DNA of 64,000 bases from Candidatus Latescibacterota bacterium (GCA_965204745.1 OZ242010.1:1088001-1152000), one strand, 5' to 3'. Positions 1 through 10,363 are shown, counted from the first letter of the stretch. Notes: generated from the sequence alone by a model not told the origin. A program made the numbers and translations.

Positions 1-2
1 TC

Positions 3-146
3 AAAGACGATGACGCCGCTGCCCGAGCGCAATCCGAAGCGGTTCAAAATTACATCCGGAACATCCGCGAATTGGAACAGCAGTTGCAAAACCAAGAACA
101 GCAGTTCAAAGCATTGCAGGAAACGGACCAGTCGTCCACTGATTAA
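3..146 (+). CDS. 3' end of a truncated hypothetical coiled-coil protein (partial)
   Basis: Open frame from the window edge, KDDDAAARAQSEAVQNYIRNIRELEQQLQNQEQQF...STD*, ending TAA 144-146. Confidence 0.5.
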   Translation, partial: KDDDAAARAQSEAVQNYIRNIRELEQQLQNQEQQFKALQETDQSSTD

Positions 147-383
147 CGTCAAACTTCTGCGCCCCACCAGAAGTTTAGGCTCGCGCCCGCGCCGGAAAAA
201 GGGACAGGCACTGGCTGACGGGTAGAGATAGGAGGTACAGATATAATGCTCCCTTTGTCGTTTCTCGGTGGTTTTTCAAATCGGTTTTCAGACGTAGTAA
301 CTTTTTGAAATGCCACTTAGACCTTTGTCTGAATCCTTTACCTTGCAGGAAGACAACCCTGTATTTACCCGCACAAATCCCCT

Positions 384-1268
384 GTGCCAAAGGAAGGAGA
401 GGTTGACGAAGTGCCAAGACTATCAAAAAGACCTTATGCCCGCGAAGACGAATCACTGGATCAGTATCTGCAAGAAATCGGTGAAGTCGCTTTGCTCACC
501 GCAGATCAGGAAGTCATGCTGGCGAAACGGATCAAAAAGGGCGATCAAGGCGCCCTCGAGGAATTGACCACAGCCAACCTGAGATTTGTGGTAAGCGTCG
601 CCAAGCAGTATCAAAATCAGGGCCTTTCGATGGGCGACCTGATCAACGAGGGCAATCTTGGGCTCATCAAAGCCGCCAAGCGGTTTGATGAAACCAAGGG
701 TTTCAAATTTATTTCTTATGCCGTGTGGTGGATCCGCCAAGCGATTTTACAAGCGCTGGCCGAGCAGTCCCGCATTGTTCGCCTGCCCCTGAATCGCGTG
801 GGCGCGCTTCACAGAATTGGCAAAGCATCGAGTGGTCTCGAACAGGAGTATGGACGCGAACCCAGCCCGGGTGAAATCGCCGACGAGCTCGGCATGAACG
901 ATTTTGAAGTGCGCGACACGCTCAAAATTTCGAATCGCCATCTTTCATTGGACGCGCCGTTCAAAGATGGCGAGGACAACAATTTGCTCGATGTGATCGA
1001 AGACGACATGCAAACCCCACCTGATGATCCCCTTCTCGATGACGCGCTCAGTCGAGAGATCGAGAAGGCCCTCGCGACCCTCACGCCCCGAGAAGCCGAG
1101 GTCATTAGCCTTTATTTTGGCATCAACCGCGCACAGCCACTTACCCTCGAGGAAATCGGCGAGCGTTTTGGGTTGACCCGAGAGCGCGTGCGTCAGATCA
1201 AAGAGAAGGCCCTCCGGCGATTGCGCCACACCTCGCGCAGCCGCCCCCTGAAATCTTATTTGCATTGA
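384..1268 (+). CDS. rpoD: RNA polymerase sigma-70 factor, RpoD/SigA type lacking region 1.1
   Basis: Motifs [66 protein letters not shown]; GTG start. Confidence 0.9.
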   Translation: MPKEGEVDEVPRLSKRPYAREDESLDQYLQEIGEVALLTADQEVMLAKRIKKGDQGALEELTTANLRFVVSVAKQYQNQGLSMGDLINEGNLGLIKAAKRFDETKGFKFISYAVWWIRQAILQALAEQSRIVRLPLNRVGALHRIGKASSGLEQEYGREPSPGEIADELGMNDFEVRDTLKISNRHLSLDAPFKDGEDNNLLDVIEDDMQTPPDDPLLDDALSREIEKALATLTPREAEVISLYFGINRAQPLTLEEIGERFGLTRERVRQIKEKALRRLRHTSRSRPLKSYLH

Positions 1269-1285
1269 CGCGCACGGCAATCCCG

Positions 1286-1322
1286 ATAGGCCACATCGCC
1301 CGGTGTGGCCTATTCTTTTTTG
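1286..1322 (+). terminator. Rho-independent terminator after rpoD
   Basis: ATAGGCCACA...TGTGGCCTAT hairpin followed by a T-run. Confidence 0.75.
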
Positions 1323-1391
1323 TCCGACTTTCGCGCTTCTGGCGTGTATTGTATCCGTGGTAGCCCATCCAACACGATAGGAGAAATTTTT

Positions 1392-2045
1392 ATGTCCAAC
1401 TGGCGTTTTACCCACTTGATCGCGGTTTTATCGTTGGCGTGTCTCCCCGCATTTGTCTTTGCCCAAGACGACGAAGAGATAGAACCCGCCATGATGGGTG
1501 GGAGCGGGGCGACAACTTGGATTTTGAAAGGAAATAAAATTTACTATCTCAAATGGGATCGGCAATTTGAGCAGGCGCAGATTTACGGCCCTCGTGAACT
1601 CGACAACGACGATGATGCCGCAGAGACCCTGCTCTTGCAAAGTTCGGGCAATTTTGCGTGGGTCTTGCGGGATGACGAGGTCTTTTTTGTTACTGCAAAA
1701 CGCGAAGGCTCGTTTGTCACGCTCGAGGTTGAACGCCCGGAGGAACTCCCCGATGCGGACGCATCCGGGCCGGTGATGATGGCCGGCGGTGGGTCTATGG
1801 CTTGGGTTTTGAAGGGCAACAGTCTCTTTTATCTCAAGTGGGATGCCTCGTACGGGAAGGCGCAGATTTACGGCCCGGAAGAGCTTCCCGCCAATGACTA
1901 CGGCCCTTCTGCGCCCGTGCTCATGCACGGCACGGGCAACGCGGTGTGGATTTTGCGGGGCGATGAGGTTTTTTACGTCGCGGCCAGAGTAGATGGCGCG
2001 TTTGTCGATATCGAAATTGAACGACCCGAGGAACTTCCGGACTAA
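1392..2045 (+). CDS. Secreted hypothetical protein with two internal ~85-aa repeats
   Basis: AGGAG RBS, signal peptide ending VFA, duplicated MMxGxG-WILKGN-YLKWD-AQIYGPxEL-WVLRxDEVFxV-ERPEELPD. Confidence 0.75.
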   Translation: MSNWRFTHLIAVLSLACLPAFVFAQDDEEIEPAMMGGSGATTWILKGNKIYYLKWDRQFEQAQIYGPRELDNDDDAAETLLLQSSGNFAWVLRDDEVFFVTAKREGSFVTLEVERPEELPDADASGPVMMAGGGSMAWVLKGNSLFYLKWDASYGKAQIYGPEELPANDYGPSAPVLMHGTGNAVWILRGDEVFYVAARVDGAFVDIEIERPEELPD

Positions 2046-2071
2046 GGGCCTATACTCGTGGGCAAAATTTT

Positions 2072-4417
2072 ATGAATGTCTTTGCACAGCGCAACCACCT
2101 CGTCGCGGGCCTGGTCTTTTTGATCACGACCGTGGTCTATCTTTCGACACTGGCCCCTACGGTTGCATTTTGGGACTGTGGGGAGTTCATTACCACGTCT
2201 TATACGTTGGGCGTTCCGCATCCGCCCGGCGCGCCGTTTTACACGTTGCTGGGGCGCATTTTTTCCATGTTGCCATTGGGGGAGATCGCGTTTCGCGTGA
2301 ATCTCTTGTCGGCCGCGGCGGGCATCGCCACGGTCGTCCTCATTTATTTGTGTACGGTGCGCTTGCTCTGCACCTGGCTCGACCGCGAAAATACGGCGCA
2401 ACAAATCGCCATGATGGTAGGGGGCGTGGTGGCCGCTCTCAGCACGGCGTTTTCATTTTCCTTTTGGAACAATGCCATCGAGGCCGAAGTTTACGGCTTG
2501 TCGATGTGCATTACGATGCTGGCGGTTTGGGCCGCCCTGCGCTGGGATGACGCGCACAAGGATCACAACAGCGACCGCCTGTTGATCTTTATCGCCTATC
2601 TCTTTGGCCTGGGCGCGGGGGTGCATCTGCAGTGTTTGCTCACCATTCCCGGGATTCTCATTTTGCTGTTCACGGATTTGATGGAGGACCGCGCACTCAA
2701 GCATCAGGTGCTCGTGGTCGTGGGGCTCGTCCTCTATCCCTTTTTGTCGATTGTCGCCCCGGTGATTGTCGCCGCGGGTTTGACGGTGTTCGTCATCGTC
2801 GGGTTGCTCATTCTCAGGCCCGCGTGGCGCAATCCCCAATTTTGGCTTTGGGGCATTCTCATCGGGGGGCTGGGTTTTTCCACGTATTTCGCGCTTTTTA
2901 TTCGGTCGGGGCTCGATCCCGTTATCGACATGAACGACCCCGAGACATGGGAAAATTTCAAGGCATTTCTCGCGCGGCAACAATACGGCATCCATTTTAT
3001 CGATCCGCGCCGAGGCGACTTTTGGGCGTTTCAGTTCAATATTCACCTCAAATACTTTCTCCAACAGTTTCCGTTTTTCGATGGGATTCCCGCGCTATTT
3101 CGCCGCGCCGTAAATGTTTATACCAGCCCATATCAGACCATTCACTATTCTTTGATCACGCTCGCGCTCGGCATCGGCGGGGCCGCGTATCACCTGTGTA
3201 AGGATTGGAAACGCTTCGCGTCTCTCTTTGCGATGTTTGCCCTGATGGGCATGGGGTTGGTGATCTATCTCAATATGCCGGATCCCGAACCCCGAGAGCG
3301 CGAATACATTTTTGTGGGGGCGTACACGTTTTTTGGGGTTTGGATGGGCATCGGCGCGGCGGGTCTCATCGCTTGGATGCGGACGCCACCTCTGGCGATT
3401 CCCGCGGCACTTCTCATGCTGGCCGTGCCCACGGGTATTCTGGTCAAAAATTATCACGTCCACGACCGCACGGGCGATTTTGTGCCGTATGATTATGCCC
3501 ACAATATCATGGCGACTTGTGATGAAAATGCCATTTTGTTCACCAATGGGGATAATGACACCTATCCGCTTTGGTTTTTACAGGGCGTTGCGGGCGTGCG
3601 AACGGATATTCAAGTCGTCAATCTCAGCCTGATCAAGACCAATTGGTACGTCAAGCAGATCAAGCGGCTCGGGGTTGAGGTGGGGCTTACGGATGAGCAG
3701 ATCGACAATTATCTCACGGGCGTTCCGTGGGATGAGGGCAGGAGTATGACGGTCTCGGGGCTCGCGCTCGAGGCAGGGGATATTCCCACCGCCGAGTACT
3801 ATATCGGCAGTCAGACGATTCGCGTCGTTGAACCCCACACTTGGATGATTTGGAAGCTCGTTGAAAATAATTGGCGCGACCGGCCCATCTACTTTGCCGT
3901 GACCGTGCCGAATAGCAATATGGCGGGGTTGAAGCCGTATTTGTCTATGGAGGGGATGGCTTACAAGTTGGTCGAGACCCGCGGCAACGGGCAGTTTGAC
4001 GCAGAGAAGGCCAGACGCAATTTGCTCGAGGTCTATCGCTATACCGGCGTGGCGGACAGCACGGTTCACAAAGACCCGGTCGCGCGCCGCTTGCTCAGCA
4101 ATTACCTGATTCTCTTCGATAGCCTCGTCCGCGCTTATCTGCAAACGGGCAGGTACAAAAGTGCGTATGACGTTCTCGCCGAACTCGAAAAGCGCGTGCC
4201 GCCCTACGCGCTCGATATTCCCGAAGCCTGGCAGGAACTCGGCGGCAGACACTACGGCGAGTTGGCCCAACGCTTTGCCATCGCAGGCGATTCTGCCCTC
4301 GTGATCGCCTCGCTCGAAAACCTGCTCCGCCTGGGGCCGCCAATCGAAAATCCCGAAGACATTCACGCACTCATAGACAAGTGGAAGTCAAAGATAGATG
4401 GGGATATACCTCGGTGA
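2072..4417 (+). CDS. DUF2723 (TMEM260-like, GT-C) membrane glycosyltransferase-like protein
   Basis: PTVAFWDCGEFI, GVPHPPGAPFY, AIEAEVY, EPREREY, FTNGDNDTYPLW; many TM helices. Confidence 0.88.
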   Translation: MNVFAQRNHLVAGLVFLITTVVYLSTLAPTVAFWDCGEFITTSYTLGVPHPPGAPFYTLLGRIFSMLPLGEIAFRVNLLSAAAGIATVVLIYLCTVRLLCTWLDRENTAQQIAMMVGGVVAALSTAFSFSFWNNAIEAEVYGLSMCITMLAVWAALRWDDAHKDHNSDRLLIFIAYLFGLGAGVHLQCLLTIPGILILLFTDLMEDRALKHQVLVVVGLVLYPFLSIVAPVIVAAGLTVFVIVGLLILRPAWRNPQFWLWGILIGGLGFSTYFALFIRSGLDPVIDMNDPETWENFKAFLARQQYGIHFIDPRRGDFWAFQFNIHLKYFLQQFPFFDGIPALFRRAVNVYTSPYQTIHYSLITLALGIGGAAYHLCKDWKRFASLFAMFALMGMGLVIYLNMPDPEPREREYIFVGAYTFFGVWMGIGAAGLIAWMRTPPLAIPAALLMLAVPTGILVKNYHVHDRTGDFVPYDYAHNIMATCDENAILFTNGDNDTYPLWFLQGVAGVRTDIQVVNLSLIKTNWYVKQIKRLGVEVGLTDEQIDNYLTGVPWDEGRSMTVSGLALEAGDIPTAEYYIGSQTIRVVEPHTWMIWKLVENNWRDRPIYFAVTVPNSNMAGLKPYLSMEGMAYKLVETRGNGQFDAEKARRNLLEVYRYTGVADSTVHKDPVARRLLSNYLILFDSLVRAYLQTGRYKSAYDVLAELEKRVPPYALDIPEAWQELGGRHYGELAQRFAIAGDSALVIASLENLLRLGPPIENPEDIHALIDKWKSKIDGDIPR

Positions 4418-4658
4418 CGCACTCCCCTTGCCTTAAAACAAAATGTCAACACAACCTAGGGGGTAGGTTGAATTTGCGAATGAATTTGAGCAGTGGCCTG
4501 TCCCTACGGGTGATGGGCGGAACAGATCGCTGCCCCCTTGGGACGCGGGCCGAGGTCACGCACATGGCGGGGTGAGGACGGGAAGGGAACGCACGGGTGG
4601 CGAGGGGGCGAGGGGGCGAGGTGCGGACTGACAACTGAACTGATCTCCGGAGGACTCC

Positions 4659-5702
4659 ATGTACGATGTCATAACCTTTGGCGAGGCGATGATTCGATTG
4701 TCTTCGCCCGAGTATCGCCGATTGGAAAATGCCACCAAACTCGATGTCGAGATCGGGGGCGGCGAATACAATGTCGCGGTCGGGTGCGCGCATTTGGGAT
4801 TGAACGCCGCATGGGTCTCGCGCTTGGTCGATAATTGGTCCGGGCGGCTCATTCGCAACAAGGGCCACGAGCACGGGGTGGATATGTCCAATATTTTGTG
4901 GACGGATTTCGATGGCATTGGGCTCGAGCGCAATGGGTTTTATCACATGGAAGTGGGCGTAGGCCCGCGTGCGAGTGCCGTGACGTATGACCGAGGCCAT
5001 ACCGCGATTATGAATATCAAACCCGGCATGGTGGATTGGGCATCTGTTTTTGCAGGGAGCAAGTGGTTTCACGTCAGCGGCATTACCCCCGCATTGTCCG
5101 AAGGCGCGGCAGAGACCACTGTGGAGGCATTGCAAGCGGCGTGCGACGCAGGTGTGATCACGAGTTTTGACCTCAATTTCAGGTCCAATTTGTGGAGAGC
5201 GGAAAAAGCACAGGAGACCATTGCAAAGTGCATCCCGCATGTGAAGGTGCTCATCGGCAACGAAGAAGATTTTGAAAAGACCATGGGCTTGAAGGCCGAA
5301 GGCACGTCGGGGGATTACGATGCCCTGGATCCGGAGAGCTACAAAGAAGTCGCACGCGAGGCCACAGCGCGATATCCCAATGTGACGCATGTGGGCACGA
5401 CCCTGCGCGTCGCCAAAACCGGGTTGCTGAATGACTGGCGCACCTTGCTTTGCGATGGCGATGAATTTTATTTGTCGCGCATTTACGAAAATTTGGAAAT
5501 TGTGGATCGCGTGGGCGGGGGCGATAATTTTTCCGCGGGGATTATTGCGGGCCTGCTCGCGGGCAAACCCGCTCAAGAGATCGTCGATTTCGCCGGTGCG
5601 TATTCGGCACTGGCCCATACGTTCCCCGGCGATGTGAATTGGGCAACGCGCTCAGAGGCCGAGCGCGCCATGAAGGGCGAAAGCGCACGGATCAGACGCT
5701 AA
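4659..5702 (+). CDS. kdgK: PfkB-family sugar kinase, 2-dehydro-3-deoxygluconokinase-like
   Basis: TFGEAMIRLS, GGGEYNVA, HVSGITPAL, FDLNFRSNLW, IVDRVGGGDNF; GGAGG RBS; lies near eda. Confidence 0.85.
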   Translation: MYDVITFGEAMIRLSSPEYRRLENATKLDVEIGGGEYNVAVGCAHLGLNAAWVSRLVDNWSGRLIRNKGHEHGVDMSNILWTDFDGIGLERNGFYHMEVGVGPRASAVTYDRGHTAIMNIKPGMVDWASVFAGSKWFHVSGITPALSEGAAETTVEALQAACDAGVITSFDLNFRSNLWRAEKAQETIAKCIPHVKVLIGNEEDFEKTMGLKAEGTSGDYDALDPESYKEVAREATARYPNVTHVGTTLRVAKTGLLNDWRTLLCDGDEFYLSRIYENLEIVDRVGGGDNFSAGIIAGLLAGKPAQEIVDFAGAYSALAHTFPGDVNWATRSEAERAMKGESARIRR

Positions 5703-5728
5703 CTGGCGTGGATGGCAGGGTTGCAAAA

Positions 5729-5956
5729 ATGGCAAAACTCGATAAATTAAAAGAAGAAATCGGGTGGTTGAGGATCGTATTTGGCATATTCATCGCCGCT
5801 GATATTTCCCTTGTCGCTTGGGTGGTACAAAATTACAATAAGGCTGATATATTTCTGTTGATTATTTTTATTGTTTGGGTTGGCGTAATTACAGCCATCA
5901 TTTTTTTTCTTAACAAAGCGGCGTACCGCAGGATCAATAAACTGGAGGATTTGTGA
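5729..5956 (+). CDS. Small two-TM hypothetical membrane protein (75 aa), low GC
   Basis: MAKLDKLKEEIGWLRIVFGIFIAADISLVAWVVQN...INKLEDL*; two hydrophobic helices. Confidence 0.7.
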   Translation: MAKLDKLKEEIGWLRIVFGIFIAADISLVAWVVQNYNKADIFLLIIFIVWVGVITAIIFFLNKAAYRRINKLEDL

Positions 5957-6078
5957 TGGTATGGTTTCCAATTATCGCTTTTACGATCTTCATGACGGGC
6001 CTTGTTATCGTGAGTATACAGGCTATCAGAAATGGAGAAAAAAAGGATGACAAATCCGACAAGTCAACGCGCTCATGA
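5956..6078 (+). CDS. 40-aa single-TM peptide, copy 1 of tandem array
   Basis: GGAGG RBS, TGATG overlap with upstream stop; MVWFPIIAFTIFMTGLVIVSIQAIRNGEKKDDKSDKSTRS*. Confidence 0.6.
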   Translation: MVWFPIIAFTIFMTGLVIVSIQAIRNGEKKDDKSDKSTRS

Positions 6079-6092
6079 CTGGAGGATTTGTG

Positions 6093-6215
6093 ATGGTATG
6101 GTTTCCAATTATCGCTTTTACGATCTTCATGACGGGCCTTGGCATTGTTACTGTCCATGCCATTCGACACGCCTATAAATCGGATGACAAATCCGACAAG
6201 TCAACGCGCTCATGA
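6093..6215 (+). CDS. 40-aa single-TM peptide, copy 2
   Basis: GGAGG RBS; MVWFPIIAFTIFMTGLGIVTVHAIRHAYKSDDKSDKSTRS*. Confidence 0.6.
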   Translation: MVWFPIIAFTIFMTGLGIVTVHAIRHAYKSDDKSDKSTRS

Positions 6216-6241
6216 TGGTTTGACGAATTGGAGGATTTGTG

Positions 6242-6364
6242 ATGGAATGGTGGCCTATTGCAGGTTTTTTGATTTTTTTGACGGGCCTTGTTATTGTTGG
6301 TGTCCATGCCATTAGACACGCCTATAAATCGGATGACAAATCCGACAAGTCAACGCGCTCATGA
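6242..6364 (+). CDS. 40-aa single-TM peptide, copy 3
   Basis: GGAGG RBS; MEWWPIAGFLIFLTGLVIVGVHAIRHAYKSDDKSDKSTRS*. Confidence 0.6.
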   Translation: MEWWPIAGFLIFLTGLVIVGVHAIRHAYKSDDKSDKSTRS

Positions 6365-6436
6365 TGGGCAGATCGTGGCCCGATAACCCATGCCTCTCTC
6401 CGTTTGGGGAGGGGTTTGCTTTTTGAGGGAGGAACG

Positions 6437-7078
6437 ATGGCAAGCATTGTAGATCGCATAATTGATTGCGGCGTGGTCGCTGTGTTGCGCGCGGACAATC
6501 CGTCTCAGTTGCTGGATGTGTCCAAAGCCTTGCGCGAAGGCGGGGTGGTGGCAATTGAAGTGACCATGACCGTGCCCGGCGCGCTGAAGGTCATCGAAGA
6601 GGCGGCGGCGAACATGGCAGACACGATTATCGGCGTGGGATCCGTGCTCGATCCGGAAACGGCGCGAGCAGCGATTTTGGCCGGCGCGGAATACGTGGTC
6701 AGCCCCATCCTCAATCCGGCGGTGATCGAGATGAGCAAGCGGTATGGCAAGGCCGTGATGCCCGCCGGGTTCACGCCCACGGAAATTTTGACCGCGTGGC
6801 AAGCCGGGGCCGACGTGGTCAAAGTCTTTCCCGCAGGCGTGGGTGGCCCGTCGTATTTCAAGGACATTCTGGGGCCTTTGCCCCAAGTAAAACTCATGCC
6901 CACGGGCGGGGTAGATGCCAAAACGACGCCCGAATTTATCAAAAATGGCGCCGTGGCCGTGGGCGCGGGCAGCGCGATGGTGGAGAAGACAGCCGTGGCA
7001 AATCGCGACTGGGCATCGCTGACAGCAACGGCAAAATCATTTGTCGATGCCGTGGCGAACGCACGGGCAGAACCATGA
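6437..7078 (+). CDS. eda: KHG/KDPG aldolase
   Basis: VVAVLR, IEVTMTVP, GVGSVLD, TPTEI, VKVFPA, PTGGV motifs; GGAGG RBS. Confidence 0.9.
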   Translation: MASIVDRIIDCGVVAVLRADNPSQLLDVSKALREGGVVAIEVTMTVPGALKVIEEAAANMADTIIGVGSVLDPETARAAILAGAEYVVSPILNPAVIEMSKRYGKAVMPAGFTPTEILTAWQAGADVVKVFPAGVGGPSYFKDILGPLPQVKLMPTGGVDAKTTPEFIKNGAVAVGAGSAMVEKTAVANRDWASLTATAKSFVDAVANARAEP

Positions 7079-8037
7079 GCTTGGGCATTGGCGTGGATTT
7101 GGGGGGCACCAACACGCGGGCCGGCCTCGTGACCGCATCGGGCGAAATTTTGTGCCGAGCGCGGTGCCCAACGCGCCTGCACTTGGGGGCCGAGGGCGTG
7201 ATCGATGGCATTGTGGAATGCGTGCGTGCGGTCGTCCGACAGGGTGGCGTTTCGCTTGCAGATGTGCGGGGCATCGGCGTTGGCGCGCCCGGGCCATTGG
7301 ACCCCTTTGAAGGCGTGCTCATCTCGCCCGAAAATTTGCAGTGCATGCACGGGGTTCGGCTGAAGGATCGCTTGGAGGCATTGCTCGGCTCGGGGGTGAT
7401 GGTCGATAACGATGCGAATTTGGCGGCTTATGGCGAGCAGTGGTTGGGCGCGGGACGCGGCGTGGATCACTTCTTGTGCGTGACCTTGGGCACGGGGGTC
7501 GGCGGGGGGTGGATCTGCAAGGGGCAACTGATGCACGGGTTTAATGGCAATGCCGCCGAGGTGGGGCATATCGCTGTGGATCACAAAGGGCCGCGCTGTC
7601 CGTGTGGGAATTTTGGCTGTTTGGAAATGTACGCCTCGGCCACGGCGATGGTGCGCCGCACGTTGGAATGCCTCAAACGCGACAAGCCGAAAACGCGCTT
7701 GCATGCCGAGCAGTTGACCGCGCAGATGATTTGCGATGCCGCAGAAGCCGCAGATGAATTTGCGATGCAGATGTTCGAGGAGACCGGGTTTTTCTTGGGC
7801 GTGGGATTGGTGAGTCTGGTGAATGTGCTAAATGTGAATCGCATCGCCCTCACCGGGGGATTGGCGCAGGCGGGCGATTGGATTTTTGAACCGGCAAAGC
7901 GAACTTTTTGGGAACGCGGCACCCTAGGCGTCGTGGAATATGTGGAGATCGTTCCCGCTGAATTGGGCGATGACGCGGGCATTTTGGGCGCGGCCAGATA
8001 TGGCTTTGAGCCAATTTCAGGCGGGCTGATCAAATGA
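7075..8037 (+). CDS. ROK-family sugar kinase (glucokinase-like)
   Basis: GVDLGGT, VDNDANLAA, TLGTGVGGG, EVGH, CPCGNFGCLE. Confidence 0.9.
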   Translation: MSLGIGVDLGGTNTRAGLVTASGEILCRARCPTRLHLGAEGVIDGIVECVRAVVRQGGVSLADVRGIGVGAPGPLDPFEGVLISPENLQCMHGVRLKDRLEALLGSGVMVDNDANLAAYGEQWLGAGRGVDHFLCVTLGTGVGGGWICKGQLMHGFNGNAAEVGHIAVDHKGPRCPCGNFGCLEMYASATAMVRRTLECLKRDKPKTRLHAEQLTAQMICDAAEAADEFAMQMFEETGFFLGVGLVSLVNVLNVNRIALTGGLAQAGDWIFEPAKRTFWERGTLGVVEYVEIVPAELGDDAGILGAARYGFEPISGGLIK

Positions 8038-8471
8038 AAAAACGCCGCGATCTAGCACTCGTTTTCGCGTTGTTCTTCGCCTGTTTGCAACCGTCATCAG
8101 GCGCGGAATCGCCGCCCGATACCCTGACCGCCAAACCGCAGGCGGGAAAGGGTCGCGTGCGCGGCGCGGTGTTGCGATCTGTGGTGTTGCCGGGTTGGGG
8201 GCAATTTTACAATGGCAAGCGCGTCAAGGGCGGTGTGATTGCGACCACTGAGGTGGCTTCGGCTGTTGCCTGGGTGGTGCGGCGCAAGCAAATAAAAGAT
8301 CGGGGCATTCAGGCGCGGAACATCTATCTTTTTTCCACGATTGGGATCGTGCTTTACAGCATAGCAGATGCTTATGTCGATGCCCATCTCAGCCGGGTCA
8401 ACTGGGCAGAGATCGAGGCGGGTGTCGATGAAAATGGCGCGGCGAAATTGCGCCTGAAGGTCGCGTTTTGA
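8034..8471 (+). CDS. DUF5683-like membrane/secreted protein
   Basis: Signal peptide, SVVLPGWGQFYNG and IADAYVDAHL motifs. Confidence 0.7.
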   Translation: MKKRRDLALVFALFFACLQPSSGAESPPDTLTAKPQAGKGRVRGAVLRSVVLPGWGQFYNGKRVKGGVIATTEVASAVAWVVRRKQIKDRGIQARNIYLFSTIGIVLYSIADAYVDAHLSRVNWAEIEAGVDENGAAKLRLKVAF

Positions 8472-8485
8472 TGGCAGGGATAATT

Positions 8486-9523
8486 TTATCCATCCCCCCA
8501 AGTGCCGACCGCGCTCGACGCGACCCGCAACGCTGGCTGGGCCTCCAAGATCACATCCGCCACATTCTTCACGGCTTGTTTCACACCCCACGTCGGGCGC
8601 GGTTGCCCAATAGCGGACAACTTGATCAAAATCTGATCGCGCTTGTAAAACAAAACCGAAATGCCAAAATACTGCGCGAGTTCTCCTTCGCGCACCATCA
8701 TAGAGATCAAGCCGTGCCCGTCATCGCACTGGCGGAACATTTCTATCGCCTTGATCACCACCCCCATATCCCGTTGCGATTCGCGCCACACCCGCCCTGT
8801 GATTCGCGCTGCGACCGACAAGACATCTTCGCGGTCGTATTCGCCTTCCAAAATGACATTCGGCATATCCCCTACCTTCTGAACCTGTGTTTTTACGGAC
8901 AGTGCTACATCCCGCCGCCACGCAAAATAGTGAATGGGCAGTCCCGCGTCTATGGCCCTTTGCTCGTACTTGGTGGGGATGCGCCCGGGCAATTCGTGGA
9001 CAGACGCGGTCTCATAAACGGATCGCAAGCGCGATTGCCGCGCCAGCACTTTTGCGATCCACCCTGCATAATCGGCGTGATCGGTTGCGATAGTCACCAT
9101 GCCGCCCGGCTGCAATCGCTCGGCCACGGTCGCCACAAACGCATCTTGAATCAGGCGCCGGTTGTGGTGGCGTTCTTTGGGCCAGGGATCGGAAAAATTG
9201 ATCCACACCTCGGCCAGGGATTGCGGCGCGAACACATGTTGCAACAAAAATGCCGCGTCGCCCTCGATGGCGCGCACATGCGTCAACCCTCGCGCATCGA
9301 GGCGGTTGAACAACCGGCGGACGGACCCCCACGCGCGCTCGATGCCGACAAAGCACACGTCTGAACGCGCCATTGCCAGATCCGCCAAAAAACGCCCATT
9401 GCCAAACCCGATTTCCACAATGAGATCGCTCTCCCGGCCAAAAACCCGCGCCCAATCTATGGGCCAATCCCATTGCAACCACGGCACCATGTATTTTTGA
9501 ATCGATTCGCTCAAGAGGGCCAT
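8486..9523 (-). CDS. trmB: tRNA (guanine-N7)-methyltransferase with C-terminal extension
   Basis: VEIGFGNG, NFSDPWPKERHHNRRL, ATDHADY, TKYE. Confidence 0.9.
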   Translation of the reverse strand: MALLSESIQKYMVPWLQWDWPIDWARVFGRESDLIVEIGFGNGRFLADLAMARSDVCFVGIERAWGSVRRLFNRLDARGLTHVRAIEGDAAFLLQHVFAPQSLAEVWINFSDPWPKERHHNRRLIQDAFVATVAERLQPGGMVTIATDHADYAGWIAKVLARQSRLRSVYETASVHELPGRIPTKYEQRAIDAGLPIHYFAWRRDVALSVKTQVQKVGDMPNVILEGEYDREDVLSVAARITGRVWRESQRDMGVVIKAIEMFRQCDDGHGLISMMVREGELAQYFGISVLFYKRDQILIKLSAIGQPRPTWGVKQAVKNVADVILEAQPALRVASSAVGTWGDG

Positions 9524-9532
9524 GCGTCAACC

Positions 9533-10363
9533 TCACCTGCGAATTTTTGTAAAGCGTTTGATCTGCGCGGTAATGCCCACTTCGGTGGGCAGGCGTTCCA
9601 TTGAACTCGCGCCGTAAAACCCATCCACTTCGGCAACGCGCTGCAAAATGTACGCGGCGTCTTCCGGTTCGGCGATAGGCCCGCCGTGGCAAAGCGTGAT
9701 GACGTCGCGCCGCATCTCCTTGCAGGCATTGCAGATCGCCTTCACCTCTTCCACGCAGTCGTCGAGCGTTTTTGCGGTTTTCGCCCCGATGGTGCCCTTG
9801 GTGGTCAACCCCATGTGCGCCACCACGATATCTGCCCCGGCCTGCGTCATCAACCGTCCCTCTTCGACATTAAACGCATAAGGCGTCGTCAACATGTCCA
9901 GCTCGTGTGCGGCGGCGATCATTTCCACCTCGAGATCATAGCCCATGCCGGTCTCTTCCAAATTCGCCCGAAACAAGCCGTCGATCAGGCCCACAGTGGG
10001 GAAATTCTGAACGCCAGCAAAGCCCAAGTCCCGCAAGTCCCGCAAGAAATGATCGCGCAACATAAAGGGGTCCGTCCCATTCACCCCGGCCAACACGGGG
10101 GTATGCCTCACGGCGGTGATGACTTCACGCGCCATTTCTTTGACGATCTCGTTGGCATTGCCATACGCCAACACGCCGGACAATGACCCGCGCCCGGCCA
10201 TGCGGTACCGCCCGGAATTGTAGATCACGATCAGGTCGATGCCGCCCGCTTCTTCGCACTTTGCCGAAATCCCCGTGCCCGCACCCCCGCCGATAATCGG
10301 CACGCCCGCCGCGATTTTTTTTTGCAACCGCGCCAAAATAGATGCCCTGCTCTCCGCTGCCAT
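9533..10363 (-). CDS. Phosphoenolpyruvate hydrolase family / TIM-barrel signal transduction protein
   Basis: [55 protein letters not shown]. Confidence 0.88.
   Translation of the reverse strand: MAAESRASILARLQKKIAAGVPIIGGGAGTGISAKCEEAGGIDLIVIYNSGRYRMAGRGSLSGVLAYGNANEIVKEMAREVITAVRHTPVLAGVNGTDPFMLRDHFLRDLRDLGFAGVQNFPTVGLIDGLFRANLEETGMGYDLEVEMIAAAHELDMLTTPYAFNVEEGRLMTQAGADIVVAHMGLTTKGTIGAKTAKTLDDCVEEVKAICNACKEMRRDVITLCHGGPIAEPEDAAYILQRVAEVDGFYGASSMERLPTEVGITAQIKRFTKIRR

Noticed and set aside
5941-6364. Possible CRISPR array
   Set aside because: Units are ~137-149 bp, the variable parts are homologous and keep a reading frame, and there are no cas genes; better explained as tandem small ORFs.
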